Part shown: one piece after another, positions 21,998-33,100 of the stretch
How the letters are laid out: every line of letters starts with the position of its first letter
Position numbering within the stretch: position 1 is the first letter of the stretch
Assembly (NCBI GenBank): GCA_022563395.1
Contig: JADFNM010000001.1
Span: 334,342 to 398,341, forward strand
Reading direction: 5' to 3'
Origin: Patescibacteria group bacterium
GTDB lineage: Bacteria; Patescibacteriota; Minisyncoccia; Minisyncoccales; UBA10102
DNA: 64,000 nt
Translations under genes and position numbers: made by a program
The notes under the pieces: generated by a model
Told to the model about the DNA's origin: nothing
The model's input: the letters and a program-made list of their open reading frames with translations, nothing else
Database searches by the model: none

Positions 21998-22717
21998 TTA
22001 CTCTAAAAACAGCTCATTCATCGCTCCCAGCCCCTTCTTTCCAAGAAGAATATCGCGCGCAAAGTCACGATATTGCTTTGGGCTGGAAAACAAATCTTCT
22101 GCAATTCCTTTCTCCACAATAATAGAATCCCGCTTCCCCAAGTATTCTTGGTGAGTACTCCAGGGATATTCTTTCGCAAATTTCAATATCCCCTCTACAT
22201 CCTGGGTACCCTGTTCTTTCAACATCGGCTCAATCTCCTGCCCGGGATTAATTACATTTATATATACAAGCAAATACTGAAGCTGCGTGTCTCTGTCTAC
22301 CATCACTGCCTTAAACACACCTTGGAACAATGAACCTACTCGTTCGTATTTTGTATTGAAATATTTTGTATATCCCACTCCAAGTTTCTGCATAAATTTT
22401 GAAATGCCGTCTTCTTGTATCTCCTCTAAAAGAAGGTGGAAATGGTTTGGCTTTAAGCAATCGGCCATAATACGCACTAGGGGTCTTCGTTCTACCCCCT
22501 CTTGTTTCATGTAGTCGCGTAAAATACCAAAGTGCATTTTGCCTTTTTCTTGCTCGAGTCGATACAGCAAATTGAGCGAACCGCCCTCATCGTTAAAAAG
22601 ATAGAGTCCCTGAAGAAATCTCTAGCGATCTCCATCGCTCAGAAAGATTTCACGCTTTTCAACGCCTCTATTGTATACATGATAAATTTTCCCTTTTTCA
22701 AATTTTACTCTTGCCAT
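21998..22717 (-). pseudogene. IS200/RAYT-like Y1 (HUH) transposase gene interrupted by one in-frame TAG
   Basis: My translation from the ATG at 22717 gives 'MARVKFEKGKIYHVYNRGVEKREIFLSDGDR*RFLQGLYLFNDEGGSLNLLYRLEQEKGKMHFG...'. This continues in frame into track ORF 21998..22570. HUH motif 'NHFHLLL'. Tyr motif 'GYTKYFNTKYERVGSLFQGVFKA'. The TAG is at 22622-22624. Confidence 0.7.
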
Positions 22718-22720
22718 TTT

Positions 22721-22878
22721 CTTATGCTTAAACGTTTCTTATGCTTAAACGAGATTTAGGAAGTATCTCTAATTATAACCCCACACGCAAAAATTTTACT
22801 ATTGCTTAAATCTCGTTTAGGTGTGGATAACTAAATTCCATCTGGGGGATACTCGGTGTGCTTAAATCTCGTTTAAGC
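22721..22878. repeat. Cluster of REP-like units upstream of the RAYT pseudogene
   Basis: Units 'gcttaaacgagatttagg' (22743-22760), 'gcttaaatctcgtttag'+'gtgtggataa' (22804-22830) and 'gcttaaatctcgtttaagc' (22860-22878). Also a short direct duplication 'cttatgcttaaacg' x2 (22721-22750). Confidence 0.75.
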
Positions 22879-23110
22879 AACCTTGGTTTATCTGAAGTAT
22901 TTATCTGAAGGAGGGATCTACATCATCTATTGCTGTAGCTCCTGCATCTATAGTAGAAAGTTCCCTGCTCAATCTCCACCAAACTTAGTCCGACTAACGC
23001 CCCCACTATACCCGCTCGTTACTTTCACGCCGGTGTTATCACCAGTAAGACGGTCGACATATCCAAGAGTGGAGGAAAGAGAAACCTTAAACTTACCGGC
23101 ATCACTCTGG

Positions 23111-23584
23111 TCAACGCCAATCGCCCAAGTCCTGGAAACTGTCTGCAAGTTCACGGCCCAACTCATACCAGGTGTCCTTGCCAAAAGCCATTCCAAAAGA
23201 CAAGAGAAGCACAATTGCTATTACTGCAATACCAAATCGAAAAGCAGCAAACGGACTCGGGGGGTGATAAACATCCCCCGCCCCGTGTTCATCACGGGGT
23301 GAGCCCGTCAACTCTTCTCCGGAAAATAGTTCTGCTGGAAGATTTTCTGGGGGTTCAGGCAAACTGCTTTGCCTAGGGCTTTTATCCCTGCCATTTTGAT
23401 ACAGGTCAGCATTATCCACATATTCATCAAGCCAGTGTTTGGTAGTAACCCAGTTTCTTCCCAGCTTTATCGCTTTCAGTTTTCCCTGCCGAGCACGCAA
23501 GCTTAAATACTCTTGCGAATAGCTGCAGAGTTCTGATGCCTTTTGCAAAGAAAGGTATTCAATTTGTGTGTCTTTTCTGTGCAT
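23111..23584 (-). CDS. Helix-turn-helix (excisionase/MerR-like HTH) protein with C-terminal TM segment
   Basis: 'EYLSLQKASELCSYSQEYLSLRARQGKLKAIKLGRNWVTTKHWLDEYV' followed by the hydrophobic 'FRFGIAVIAIVLLLSFGMAF'. ATG at 23584; the track start at 23620 is TTG. Confidence 0.6.
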   Translation of the reverse strand: MHRKDTQIEYLSLQKASELCSYSQEYLSLRARQGKLKAIKLGRNWVTTKHWLDEYVDNADLYQNGRDKSPRQSSLPEPPENLPAELFSGEELTGSPRDEHGAGDVYHPPSPFAAFRFGIAVIAIVLLLSFGMAFGKDTWYELGRELADSFQDLGDWR

Positions 23585-23850
23585 AACCTGTGGGCTAGCT
23601 TGGGGGAAAAAGGTGTACAAAATGTTGTCTTGACAAACATGGAGAAACTATCGGGGGCTTTTCTATTTTCCTGCCTGTTTAAAGCCAGTGACAAAGAACA
23701 TCTTGAATATGTTATTACATTATCCGCGAAACAAAAACTTCCGTCAAGAGAAGATATGTGGATAACCGATATAGCCCCACTCACCCTATCGGGTAAACGA
23801 TAATTTCTAAACTTGGTCATTGGGTATTGGGATTTAGCTAGACATTCAGA

Positions 23851-24942
23851 CTAGTGGCGTTTGATGCTCAAAAGGATCCCCAACCCCACATACAGAGCCA
23901 GCAGAGAAGACCCTCCATAGCTCACCAAAGGCAAGGGAAGACCAATAATTGGCAGTAGACCCAGGTTCATGCCTATATTCACAAAGAACTGAAGGATGAA
24001 AAGAGTAGCAAATCCAGCCACAAATAGGCGTGGAAAGTTGCTTTTAGCGCTTAACCCAATTTTAAACATCTTGTAAAGTAAGAGTAAGAACAAAACTACA
24101 AGCAAAAACACTCCTAAAAACCCAAATTCTTCTGCGATGGCAGCAAAAATGAAGTCAGTTTGGGGTTCTGAAAGAAACCCATACTGAGTTTGGGTTCCCT
24201 GGCCTATGCCCTGCCCCAAAATCCCCCCACTGCCAATGGCAATCTTAGATTGAGCCTGGCTCCATCCAATACCCAATGGATCCAGTTCTGGCTCCAGAAA
24301 GCTGATTATCCTACTTTTTTGGTAATCATGAAGCACAACACCCCAACCAAATGAGAACAAAACAGTACCAATAATAAGTAAAGTAACAAAGTGACGAAGT
24401 TTAATACCGGAAATTAGGAGTAAAACTACCCACAATACGGCCAACAAGACAGCTGAGCCAAGGTCTGGCTGAAGAAATATTAGAAGTATGGGTATGCCAA
24501 AATAGATTCCAGATAGCAATATATGTCGTATTCGGTACATTTCAATATGCCTTAATGAGAAGTATTTTGCCATAAGCACAAGGAGTACAATCTTCACGTA
24601 TTCAATGGGATCAATTGAAATATTTCCAATCCTATACCAGCTTTTCACGCCGCGTATTTCTGGGGCTAAAACAAAGAGTCCAATCAAGGCAAAAACCCCT
24701 ATAATCCATAAAATAAAGAGGAAATAGGGGTCATTTCGCAAGAGCCGCCAATCAAAATAAGAGATGCCCAGCATAAGCAATATTCCCATGAACAGAAAGA
24801 TTAACTGCTTTTGAAAGTTGCCAAAATCTTCAAGCCCAATTGAGGAACTATATAGAGAAACGAGTCCAAAAATGGATAAAAGTATTGCGATTCCGGCAAT
24901 ACTCCAGTCAATACTACGAAGATGAGTAAGAAATTTGCGCAT
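23851..24942 (-). CDS. SEDS-family cell-wall polymerase (RodA/FtsW)
   Basis: 363 aa and ~10 TM segments. 'QPDLGSA', 'GGILGQGIGQGTQTQYGFLSEPQTDFIFAAIAEEFGF', 'LPLVSYGGSS'. Confidence 0.85.
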   Translation of the reverse strand: MRKFLTHLRSIDWSIAGIAILLSIFGLVSLYSSSIGLEDFGNFQKQLIFLFMGILLMLGISYFDWRLLRNDPYFLFILWIIGVFALIGLFVLAPEIRGVKSWYRIGNISIDPIEYVKIVLLVLMAKYFSLRHIEMYRIRHILLSGIYFGIPILLIFLQPDLGSAVLLAVLWVVLLLISGIKLRHFVTLLIIGTVLFSFGWGVVLHDYQKSRIISFLEPELDPLGIGWSQAQSKIAIGSGGILGQGIGQGTQTQYGFLSEPQTDFIFAAIAEEFGFLGVFLLVVLFLLLLYKMFKIGLSAKSNFPRLFVAGFATLFILQFFVNIGMNLGLLPIIGLPLPLVSYGGSSLLALYVGLGILLSIKRH

Positions 24943-24955
24943 ATAACATTGATTG

Positions 24956-24993
24956 CCTAAACGAGATTTAGGAGTCCCTAAATCTCGTTTAGG
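24956..24993. repeat. REP-like palindrome (CGAG subtype)
   Basis: 'cctaaacgagatttagg' + 'agtc' + 'cctaaatctcgtttagg'. Perfect 17-nt inverted arms. Confidence 0.85.
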
Positions 24994-25009
24994 AACACAC
25001 CCAAAATAT

Positions 25010-25119
25010 GTTTGAAACTAGGATATAATGGTGATACAAAACCTACTTTTTAAACATTGTGCAGCTATCCTAGTTTTAAACAGATTATGCCAGAGATTAA
25101 ACGTTTAAAACTAGGAATA
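25010..25119. repeat. Three copies of a 16-17-nt motif GTTT(G/A)AAACTAGGA(T/A)A
   Basis: Copies at 25010-25025 (+), 25066-25081 (inverted) and 25103-25119 (+). They lie between two REP palindromes, just 3' of the RAYT-like gene. Confidence 0.6.
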
Positions 25120-25129
25120 CTGACTGGTT

Positions 25130-25169
25130 GCTTAAATGAGATTTAAGAGCTCTTAAATCTCATTTAAGC
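25130..25169. repeat. Perfect 40-bp REP-like palindrome (TGAG subtype)
   Basis: 'gcttaaatgagatttaagagctcttaaatctcatttaagc'. Supplies the last Ala codon and the TAA stop of the RAYT-like gene. Confidence 0.9.
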
Positions 25170-25862
25170 AGTGTCAAAAAACAGTTTTCTTCCCTCATTC
25201 TGTAAATCCTCTATATACGAGGTATAATCTTGTCTATCAGCAAAGAACTCCCCACCCAGAATCTTTAAAAGATTTGCTCTGCCCTCTGGGGAAAGCAAAT
25301 GAGAGGTTCTGGTTCCAAAAAGGTCAGGAAAGCTTGAATAAGGATACTGCAAAAGAGCGTCTTGGCTGTAGTGGTCAAGTATCTTTTTTATATTAATGTA
25401 TTTCACCACGCTTGCCAGCTGCTTTGAGTTTACAATGGGGGCAGCTTTAAATCGCCCTTCAAATAAAGTGCCGGTTCTCTTGTTTTTAAGGTTGTAGTAT
25501 TTAGCAAAGCCCAAGTTAAGCTTTTGCATGTATAAAGGGATTCCCTCTTTTTTTGCCGGGACTATGCCTAAGTGGTAGCGGTCTTTACCAAGAGCAAAGC
25601 TAAAGAGGTGCACTAAGGGATCGTGCTCATTTTGCACAAAACCCTTGGGGATCGGCTCACCCTGCAAAATGGCGTTTGATATCTGAAAAATGTCTTTTCG
25701 GTACAGGTTAATAACGGGCTTTCCAATGTTTGCAGCATACATTTGAAACACAAACCGGGCCCGATCCTCTTTGGCCGCAAAAATCTCCCTGCCCTCTACC
25801 GCCTTTCCTAAAATATGGTAGGGGCGTATTTTCTCAGTGAGCTGTTCTTTTCTTTTTGGCAT
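25164..25862 (-). CDS. IS200/RAYT-like tyrosine transposase homologue (variant HUH region)
   Basis: 232 aa. N-terminus 'YHILGKAVEGREIFAAKEDRARFV' aligns with the pseudogene N-terminus. Tyr motif 'GFAKYYNLKNKRTGTLFEGRFKA'. The HUH position reads 'DRYHLGIV', so the first His appears replaced. Confidence 0.65.
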   Translation of the reverse strand: MPKRKEQLTEKIRPYHILGKAVEGREIFAAKEDRARFVFQMYAANIGKPVINLYRKDIFQISNAILQGEPIPKGFVQNEHDPLVHLFSFALGKDRYHLGIVPAKKEGIPLYMQKLNLGFAKYYNLKNKRTGTLFEGRFKAAPIVNSKQLASVVKYINIKKILDHYSQDALLQYPYSSFPDLFGTRTSHLLSPEGRANLLKILGGEFFADRQDYTSYIEDLQNEGRKLFFDTA

Positions 25863-25936
25863 AGGCTAAGGATATTTTAGCAGGAAAATAAAAAAGCACC
25901 AAGAGGCGCAATCCACAGCGTATAATCCCCCATGTT

Positions 25937-25976
25937 GCTTAAATGAGATTTAGGAACTCCTAAATCTCATTTAAGC
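25937..25976. repeat. 40-bp REP-like palindrome (TGAG subtype)
   Basis: 'gcttaaatgagatttaggaactcctaaatctcatttaagc', with one central mismatch. Lies upstream of the RAYT-like gene. Confidence 0.9.
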
Positions 25977-25997
25977 AGAATCATCTGCTTCATAGAG

Positions 25998-28070
<2,073 letters not shown>

Positions 28071-28123
28071 TTACAAAAACGGGGTAAGGAGCCCTTATCC
28101 CACCTCTGGAAATCTGAGAAAAC

Positions 28124-28537
28124 CTACCTTGCTATTCTCACCGCGCGCCTCGCCTCCTTGTAGCTTCCCGTTGCCTTCACGCAGTAGTTGAAGCCGAGAG
28201 CGCCAGGACACCCTCCTGTCCCGGCGTCCTCTGCCAAAAGCACGAAACTTGCCCCGTTCGCCAAGATAAGCTCCCCGGGCGGGATGTTCGAAAACTCCGT
28301 GGTGAGACAGGGTGCGTGCTCCTCCTCGTTCGCGCAAAAGGTATTATCAATAAACAGGGCGCGCTCCACACCGGCTTCCGTTGCGTAAAAGGCAAGGACC
28401 GCATGCCCCATGCCCCGCAGGATGCCGAGCTGGGAGAACAGAAGGGCACTCGTGCCAAGGGCAATGCCCAAGAGGGTAGTCATAATCATAAAAGCAATAT
28501 ACAGAGATACCCCTTTTTGGCTTTGGAAATTGGTCAT
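28124..28537 (-). CDS. PilX-N-domain-like pilus/pseudopilus protein
   Basis: 137 aa. 'QKGVSLYIAFMIMTTLLGIALGTSALL' then 'AFYATEAGVERAL', which is the PilX N-terminal pattern. Last gene of the pilin-like operon. Confidence 0.65.
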   Translation of the reverse strand: MTNFQSQKGVSLYIAFMIMTTLLGIALGTSALLFSQLGILRGMGHAVLAFYATEAGVERALFIDNTFCANEEEHAPCLTTEFSNIPPGELILANGASFVLLAEDAGTGGCPGALGFNYCVKATGSYKEARRAVRIAR

Positions 28538-28552
28538 TGAAAATTGAAAATT

Positions 28553-29095
28553 CTAATTAGGGACATCTACTTTTCTCTGGGATACCGTTGTATGCAGCTG
28601 AATGCTCGGCTTGGATTCCGGCTTTGGGCCCTGACCCTGAATCACCATGCCGAAGGTCACCCGGGGCTGAAGGTCGTCGGTCTGGTTCTCACCCAAAAGC
28701 ACGAACTGTAAAGATACGACCTCAAGGTTGTCTGAGGTAAGAAACTCGGCTGGGGCTGGGGGAATGGATTCTTGGATCCTTGTTCCCTGCAGCAGGAACT
28801 CATGACATTGGCCGGCGTTGTTCAGGAACTTCACACCCTGCCCGCCCAGGGTGAGCTCATAGTTGAGCCCGCTCGTGGAAAGGCAGGTTGGGCCCAGGTC
28901 CTTTTGCGCCTGGCGCAGGACTCTCGTCATGTATTCTGCAAGAAAGGAAGTCTGGTCGAGAAGCTCTTCGGTCGCAAGGGAGTGGCGCTGGGCTATGATG
29001 CCCGTGAGTAGAAGGTTTGTGGCTCCCCCGATGACCAAAGAAAAAGCAAGGAGCGAAACCAAGAGTTCTGGAATGGTAAATCCTCGTTCTTTCAT
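28553..29095 (-). CDS. Prepilin-type N-terminal motif protein (PilW/GspJ-position)
   Basis: 'MKERG|FTIPELLVSLLAFSLVIGG'. Gly-Phe cleavage site, Glu at +5, and a hydrophobic helix. Confidence 0.75.
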   Translation of the reverse strand: MKERGFTIPELLVSLLAFSLVIGGATNLLLTGIIAQRHSLATEELLDQTSFLAEYMTRVLRQAQKDLGPTCLSTSGLNYELTLGGQGVKFLNNAGQCHEFLLQGTRIQESIPPAPAEFLTSDNLEVVSLQFVLLGENQTDDLQPRVTFGMVIQGQGPKPESKPSIQLHTTVSQRKVDVPN

Positions 29096-29100
29096 ATGCT

Positions 29101-29592
29101 TTAAGGGGCCGGAAGCCAGTTATATAGTTCGGTGGCTATCGTCACGTCGTGACTCCTCGTTCTCTCTACCCACGTTACCTGGACCAAAACCTCCAGAACC
29201 TCCGCGGAAGGCTGGGTCACCGTAATCTTTCTTTTAAACAGCGTGTTGGTCCCCACAGTATAGTTGTACAAGCCCGAGCTCAGCTTCAAGACCGAGTCCG
29301 TATAGGACACCAAGGCGGCCTGGGTATAGTCGGCCTCGCACCCCGTGGTGCACCCTGTGAGGTTGTCAGTCCAATCTCCCCCCAGCCCCTTGTGAATCTT
29401 CAAAAGGTTGGTGTCCCGGATGTTCCGCGTGATCTCAATTCCCTCCTGGGCCAAGTAGGTGGCTTCCAGCTGGAAGACGGCATTCGTGGTAAAGGTGACA
29501 GTCTGCTGCACCAACGCAAAGACTCCCCCTGCTCCTAGAACCACCAGGAAGGACGCTGCCAGGACTTCAATTAAGGTGAAGGCTCGCTGCAT
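29101..29592 (-). CDS. Prepilin-type N-terminal motif protein (PilV/GspI-position)
   Basis: 'MQRA|FTLIEVLAASFLVVLGAGGVFAL'. Class III signal peptide with Glu at +5. Confidence 0.75.
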   Translation of the reverse strand: MQRAFTLIEVLAASFLVVLGAGGVFALVQQTVTFTTNAVFQLEATYLAQEGIEITRNIRDTNLLKIHKGLGGDWTDNLTGCTTGCEADYTQAALVSYTDSVLKLSSGLYNYTVGTNTLFKRKITVTQPSAEVLEVLVQVTWVERTRSHDVTIATELYNWLPAP

Positions 29593-29594
29593 GG

Positions 29595-30143
29595 TTAATC
29601 AACATCAATGATACCCTTACTGCTTACGGTGACAATCCTCGTGCCAGCAACCCCGTCCTTTCGCTCAAGCACGATCTGCGCCTGCGAGGGGTCTCCCGGC
29701 TTTATCCACACAATGGGAGTGGGAGGGATGAACACGATGCTCACGGCGGGAGTAGGCGTGACACTCTGCATCTGTACTCCACTCTCCATGGTAATCGTTT
29801 CTACCACCCCGTCCAATCCGGCATCATACGTGTTTGTGTCGTTGCACTCCGCGAACAGAATGTATGACTCAGGGGTGTTCACATTAAAGTAGATGCCGTA
29901 CCCGGTAATGCTCCCTGTGGCGCAGGTGTAGGCCTGGGCCCTCATGGCGAGCTCCTGCGCCCGCCTCACGTCCTGGCCCACCTTGGCTGCCGTTCTCGCC
30001 AAGGCAAGGCTCCGATCCCCTGACCTCCAGTTGGGCAGGATGAGGGAGGTCATGAGAACAATAATGCCAACCACCACCAGGAGCTCTGTCATGGTATATC
30101 CTCCATCTCCTTCATTTGTTAAAAGGGTGAAATCTCTTGCCAT
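29595..30143 (-). CDS. Prepilin-type N-terminal motif protein (FimT/GspH-position)
   Basis: '...EGDGG|YTMTELLVVVGIIVLMTSLILPNW'. Gly at -1, Glu at +5. The start overlaps the upstream giant gene by 25 nt. Confidence 0.7.
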   Translation of the reverse strand: MARDFTLLTNEGDGGYTMTELLVVVGIIVLMTSLILPNWRSGDRSLALARTAAKVGQDVRRAQELAMRAQAYTCATGSITGYGIYFNVNTPESYILFAECNDTNTYDAGLDGVVETITMESGVQMQSVTPTPAVSIVFIPPTPIVWIKPGDPSQAQIVLERKDGVAGTRIVTVSSKGIIDVD

Positions 30144-33100
30144 TCTGGGAATGGAAGGGTTACGTTTACGGTATTTGTATCGGTGCAGGTTCCCGCATCA
30201 TCCGTTGCTTGGAAAGTCACAAGATAGGCGCCGTTCACGGCATAGATGTGCAAAGGATTCTGCAGGGTTGAGGTTGCCGTATCTCCGAAGTCCCACGACC
30301 AGCTCTGACCCGTAGAGCTGGGATCATAGACGGTCTGGTCGGTGAATTGGATTTCTTCTTCGGCAGAAGGGAAAACCGGGACCCACGCAAAGTCTGTGGT
30401 AGGATAGGCGTGTACGGGCGTGGTAAAGAAAGGACCCGTTGCCCATTCGGGAGAGGATTGTTGATCAAAGCTGTCCCATACCTTTACCCGCCAGTGGTAG
30501 GTGGTGGCATATAAGAGGCCCACGGGAGTATACTCGCTGTTGGAGCTCGTGACCTTTCCTTCATCATCAACGATGTTTGTGAACCCGGCATCGGTTGCCA
30601 CCTGCACCTGGTAAGCAGACTGGGAATCCCCGGGATTGGGGTCTGAAAACGTCCAAGAAAGGGTCACGTCGGGCGCGGAAACAAAGCAGTAGTCCGTCGT
30701 TGCGTTGTTGTGCGCAAGGTTTATGGCCTGGGGCGCAGTGTTCACGGTAACAACAATGGAAACCGTATCCTGCGCAGTGGCGCTTCCCCGGTCAACCTGC
30801 GTGTTCGCGGTGTAGGTGCTGGGACTAGCGTAAATGCACAGGTCCTGCACGGCAAAGATATCGGGGGCTGTCACCCTGGTGTTGAAACCGTTGCGCAGCA
30901 CCCAGCCTGGGTCCGAAACTGACAGGTCAATTCCTGTTACCTCATACTCCCACAGGCTGTCGTTCGTGCAGTCAAACTTAAAGCCGGCGCTCCCTGACGC
31001 GGTTCCCGCAACCTGAGAGGAAAGGTCAAAGTTCGTCGTGGTAATCCCAGAGGAAGGGATGGCAGAAAGCGTCACGGAAAGGCTGTCCACCGTAACCACG
31101 CCGAATCCCCAGCCCGTGTTCCCGGGGCTGGGAAGGGTGAAGTCTGTGCAGCTAAAGGAAACGTCGTAGCTGCCGGGCGAGGCGAACGTGTGGTCAACGG
31201 ATACGGTGCACGCTTCCCCGTTCTCGCAGGGAAGCGGGATGATGGTCGTTGCCCCACCGGTGTTCCATTCAGGATTGCCAACCAGCCTCCAAAAGAAGGT
31301 GCAGCTCGCAACCTTGCCCACGGGGTCTGACAAAGAAGAGCTGTAGTTCTGGGAAACCCCGGCCTGGGCAGTGGAGGGGGCTGGGGTGCCAACCACCGGG
31401 TCTGTGAAGTCCACGCTAAAGTCAAAGCTCTGCCAGCCCGACGTGTTGCCAGCAAGGTCAAAGGCCTGGGTGCGGACTCGGCACCTGTTTATTCCTTCAA
31501 ACTCGCACACCTCGGGATTTGGCCCCACGCCGATGGTCTTCGTATCCAGGTTGCAGAGGCGCGTTAAGGTGCCGGACGTCGTGTCTGGCCCCCCGGGATT
31601 GAGGCCGATGAACTCGTACTCACAACTGGCTGCAAGCCCTGAACCAAGGTCAGAATCATCAAAGGTCGCAGTAAAGTTGTCCCTATACCAGGTGCCGGGT
31701 GCGGGGTCGGTCACTACTGCCGTGGGATTCTGCTTGTCCACCTGGATCCTCTGGGGCGTGCTTTCAACTGTTGGGTTGTTGGCATTGTCCAGCACGTGGA
31801 GGCCGTACCAGTAGGAGGCGGTTGCCAAAAGATTGGTATCAATGTAGGAATCGGTGTCGGTGCTCAATGTGGTAAAACCGGTGGTCTTCGTAGAAATAGG
31901 GTTGCTCTCTTCGTTTCCCGGATCGTCCCACTCATTCGGGGATACGGTATCAAGTACGCCATTGCCATTTATATCAAAAGCTCTCCACACCTCAATTTGT
32001 TGTAAGTTGGAGCCTCCGGCATCGGAAACGCTCCACGAAACCGTCCCGTTCGGAGCAGCGTTGTTTATCCAAGCCGGAAAAGCAGGAGTTGCCGTAAAGA
32101 TGGAAATGCTGGGGTCTGTGGCATCTACCAAGAAGGCTCCAGAACTGGAAGAGGAGCAAAGGTCGCTGGTGTCACACACAAAGGCAAAGTAGTTGTTGGT
32201 GCCCTCATCCGCAGCCTGGGTGGTATATGTAGGGTTGCACGTTGCGTCCGTGCCAGATGGTACAGGGGTAGTATTTCTACACCATCGATTTACAGCTCCT
32301 CCAGAACAATCTCCTCCGGAAGGAGTGGTATTGTTTTTGCATACATAGAAGGTTACCGAATCTCCATCTGGGTCGCTCCAGTTTGCCGTAAACGTGATCT
32401 GTGCTGCTGCTTTGATTGGATCTGGTGTATCAGAAACAGTTGAGATGGTGGGGGCTTGGTTTAAGATAATGTTCCATGTATAGGAGGCGGGCGTCGGATC
32501 TGTGTTCCCTGCAAGATCAGTAGCCTGTACATCAAAGGTATGGGAGGCCTCAGAGAGTCCAGAATAGTTTTTGGGAGAAGTGCAACTTGAAAACCCTCCA
32601 CCGTCCAACTGACACTCGAATGTGCCAGATTCCGTACTGGTGAAGGAAAAAGATGCTGAACTCGAAAAACTCGGATTGGGTGGGTTACTGGTAATAGTGG
32701 TATTAGGAGGCGTGATATCCTTTATCAGTTTGATGGGCCCCCGCACCGTTCTGCTGGGGTCCAGACTATCGGAGGAAACCCCTCCGCAGTGGGCGGTTGC
32801 CTCATCAATGCAGTTGTTTGCATTATCCACGGTATGTACACCGTACCAGTAGGTGCCCTCTGGGAGGCCGCTGTTGATAAAAACATCGTCATCCGTATCT
32901 AGGGTGTCAAACCCGGTGGTCTTGGTGAAGACGGGGTTTGGTTGCGTGCCTGCAGTGGGACTGCTGTCATCCCACTCCGACCCTTGAAGGATTCCGTCTC
33001 CATTCGCATCCCACGCCCTCCACACCTCAATCTGCTTTAAGTGCGATTCGCCGGTATCCAAAGTAGTCCAGGCGATGGAAGGATCGCCATTGATTATAAC

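Larger units (their letters stand above)
25130..25976 (-). mobile_element. REP-RAYT-REP unit (REPtron-like)
   Basis: The RAYT-like CDS is bracketed on both sides by the TGAG-subtype 40-bp palindrome. Within this window that subtype occurs only here. Confidence 0.55.

Noticed and set aside
22622-22624. Alternative genetic code (TAG reassigned) as an explanation for the in-frame TAG.
   Set aside because: TAG terminates several well-supported genes in this window, and TGA and TAA are also used as stops. The code is standard.
22969-23214. An 81-aa off-frame ORF overlapping the 3' end of the HTH gene, which might indicate a frameshifted longer gene.
   Set aside because: It has a TTG start, would add only ~45 extra residues, and has no recognisable domain. 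The evidence is insufficient to call a frameshift or pseudogene.
22822-23765. Possible replication origin: two perfect DnaA boxes plus one near-match within ~1 kb.
   Set aside because: No dnaA or dnaN is nearby, I saw no clear AT-rich unwinding element, and one of the boxes belongs to the REP variant. I cannot exclude it without genome-wide GC skew, but the evidence is insufficient.
22721-25976. Possible CRISPR array, given the recurring ~17-40-nt palindromic repeats.
   Set aside because: The copies are irregularly spaced, in mixed orientation and scattered over 30 kb in intergenic gaps. There is no repeat-spacer periodicity and there are no cas genes. They fit REP/REPIN elements instead.
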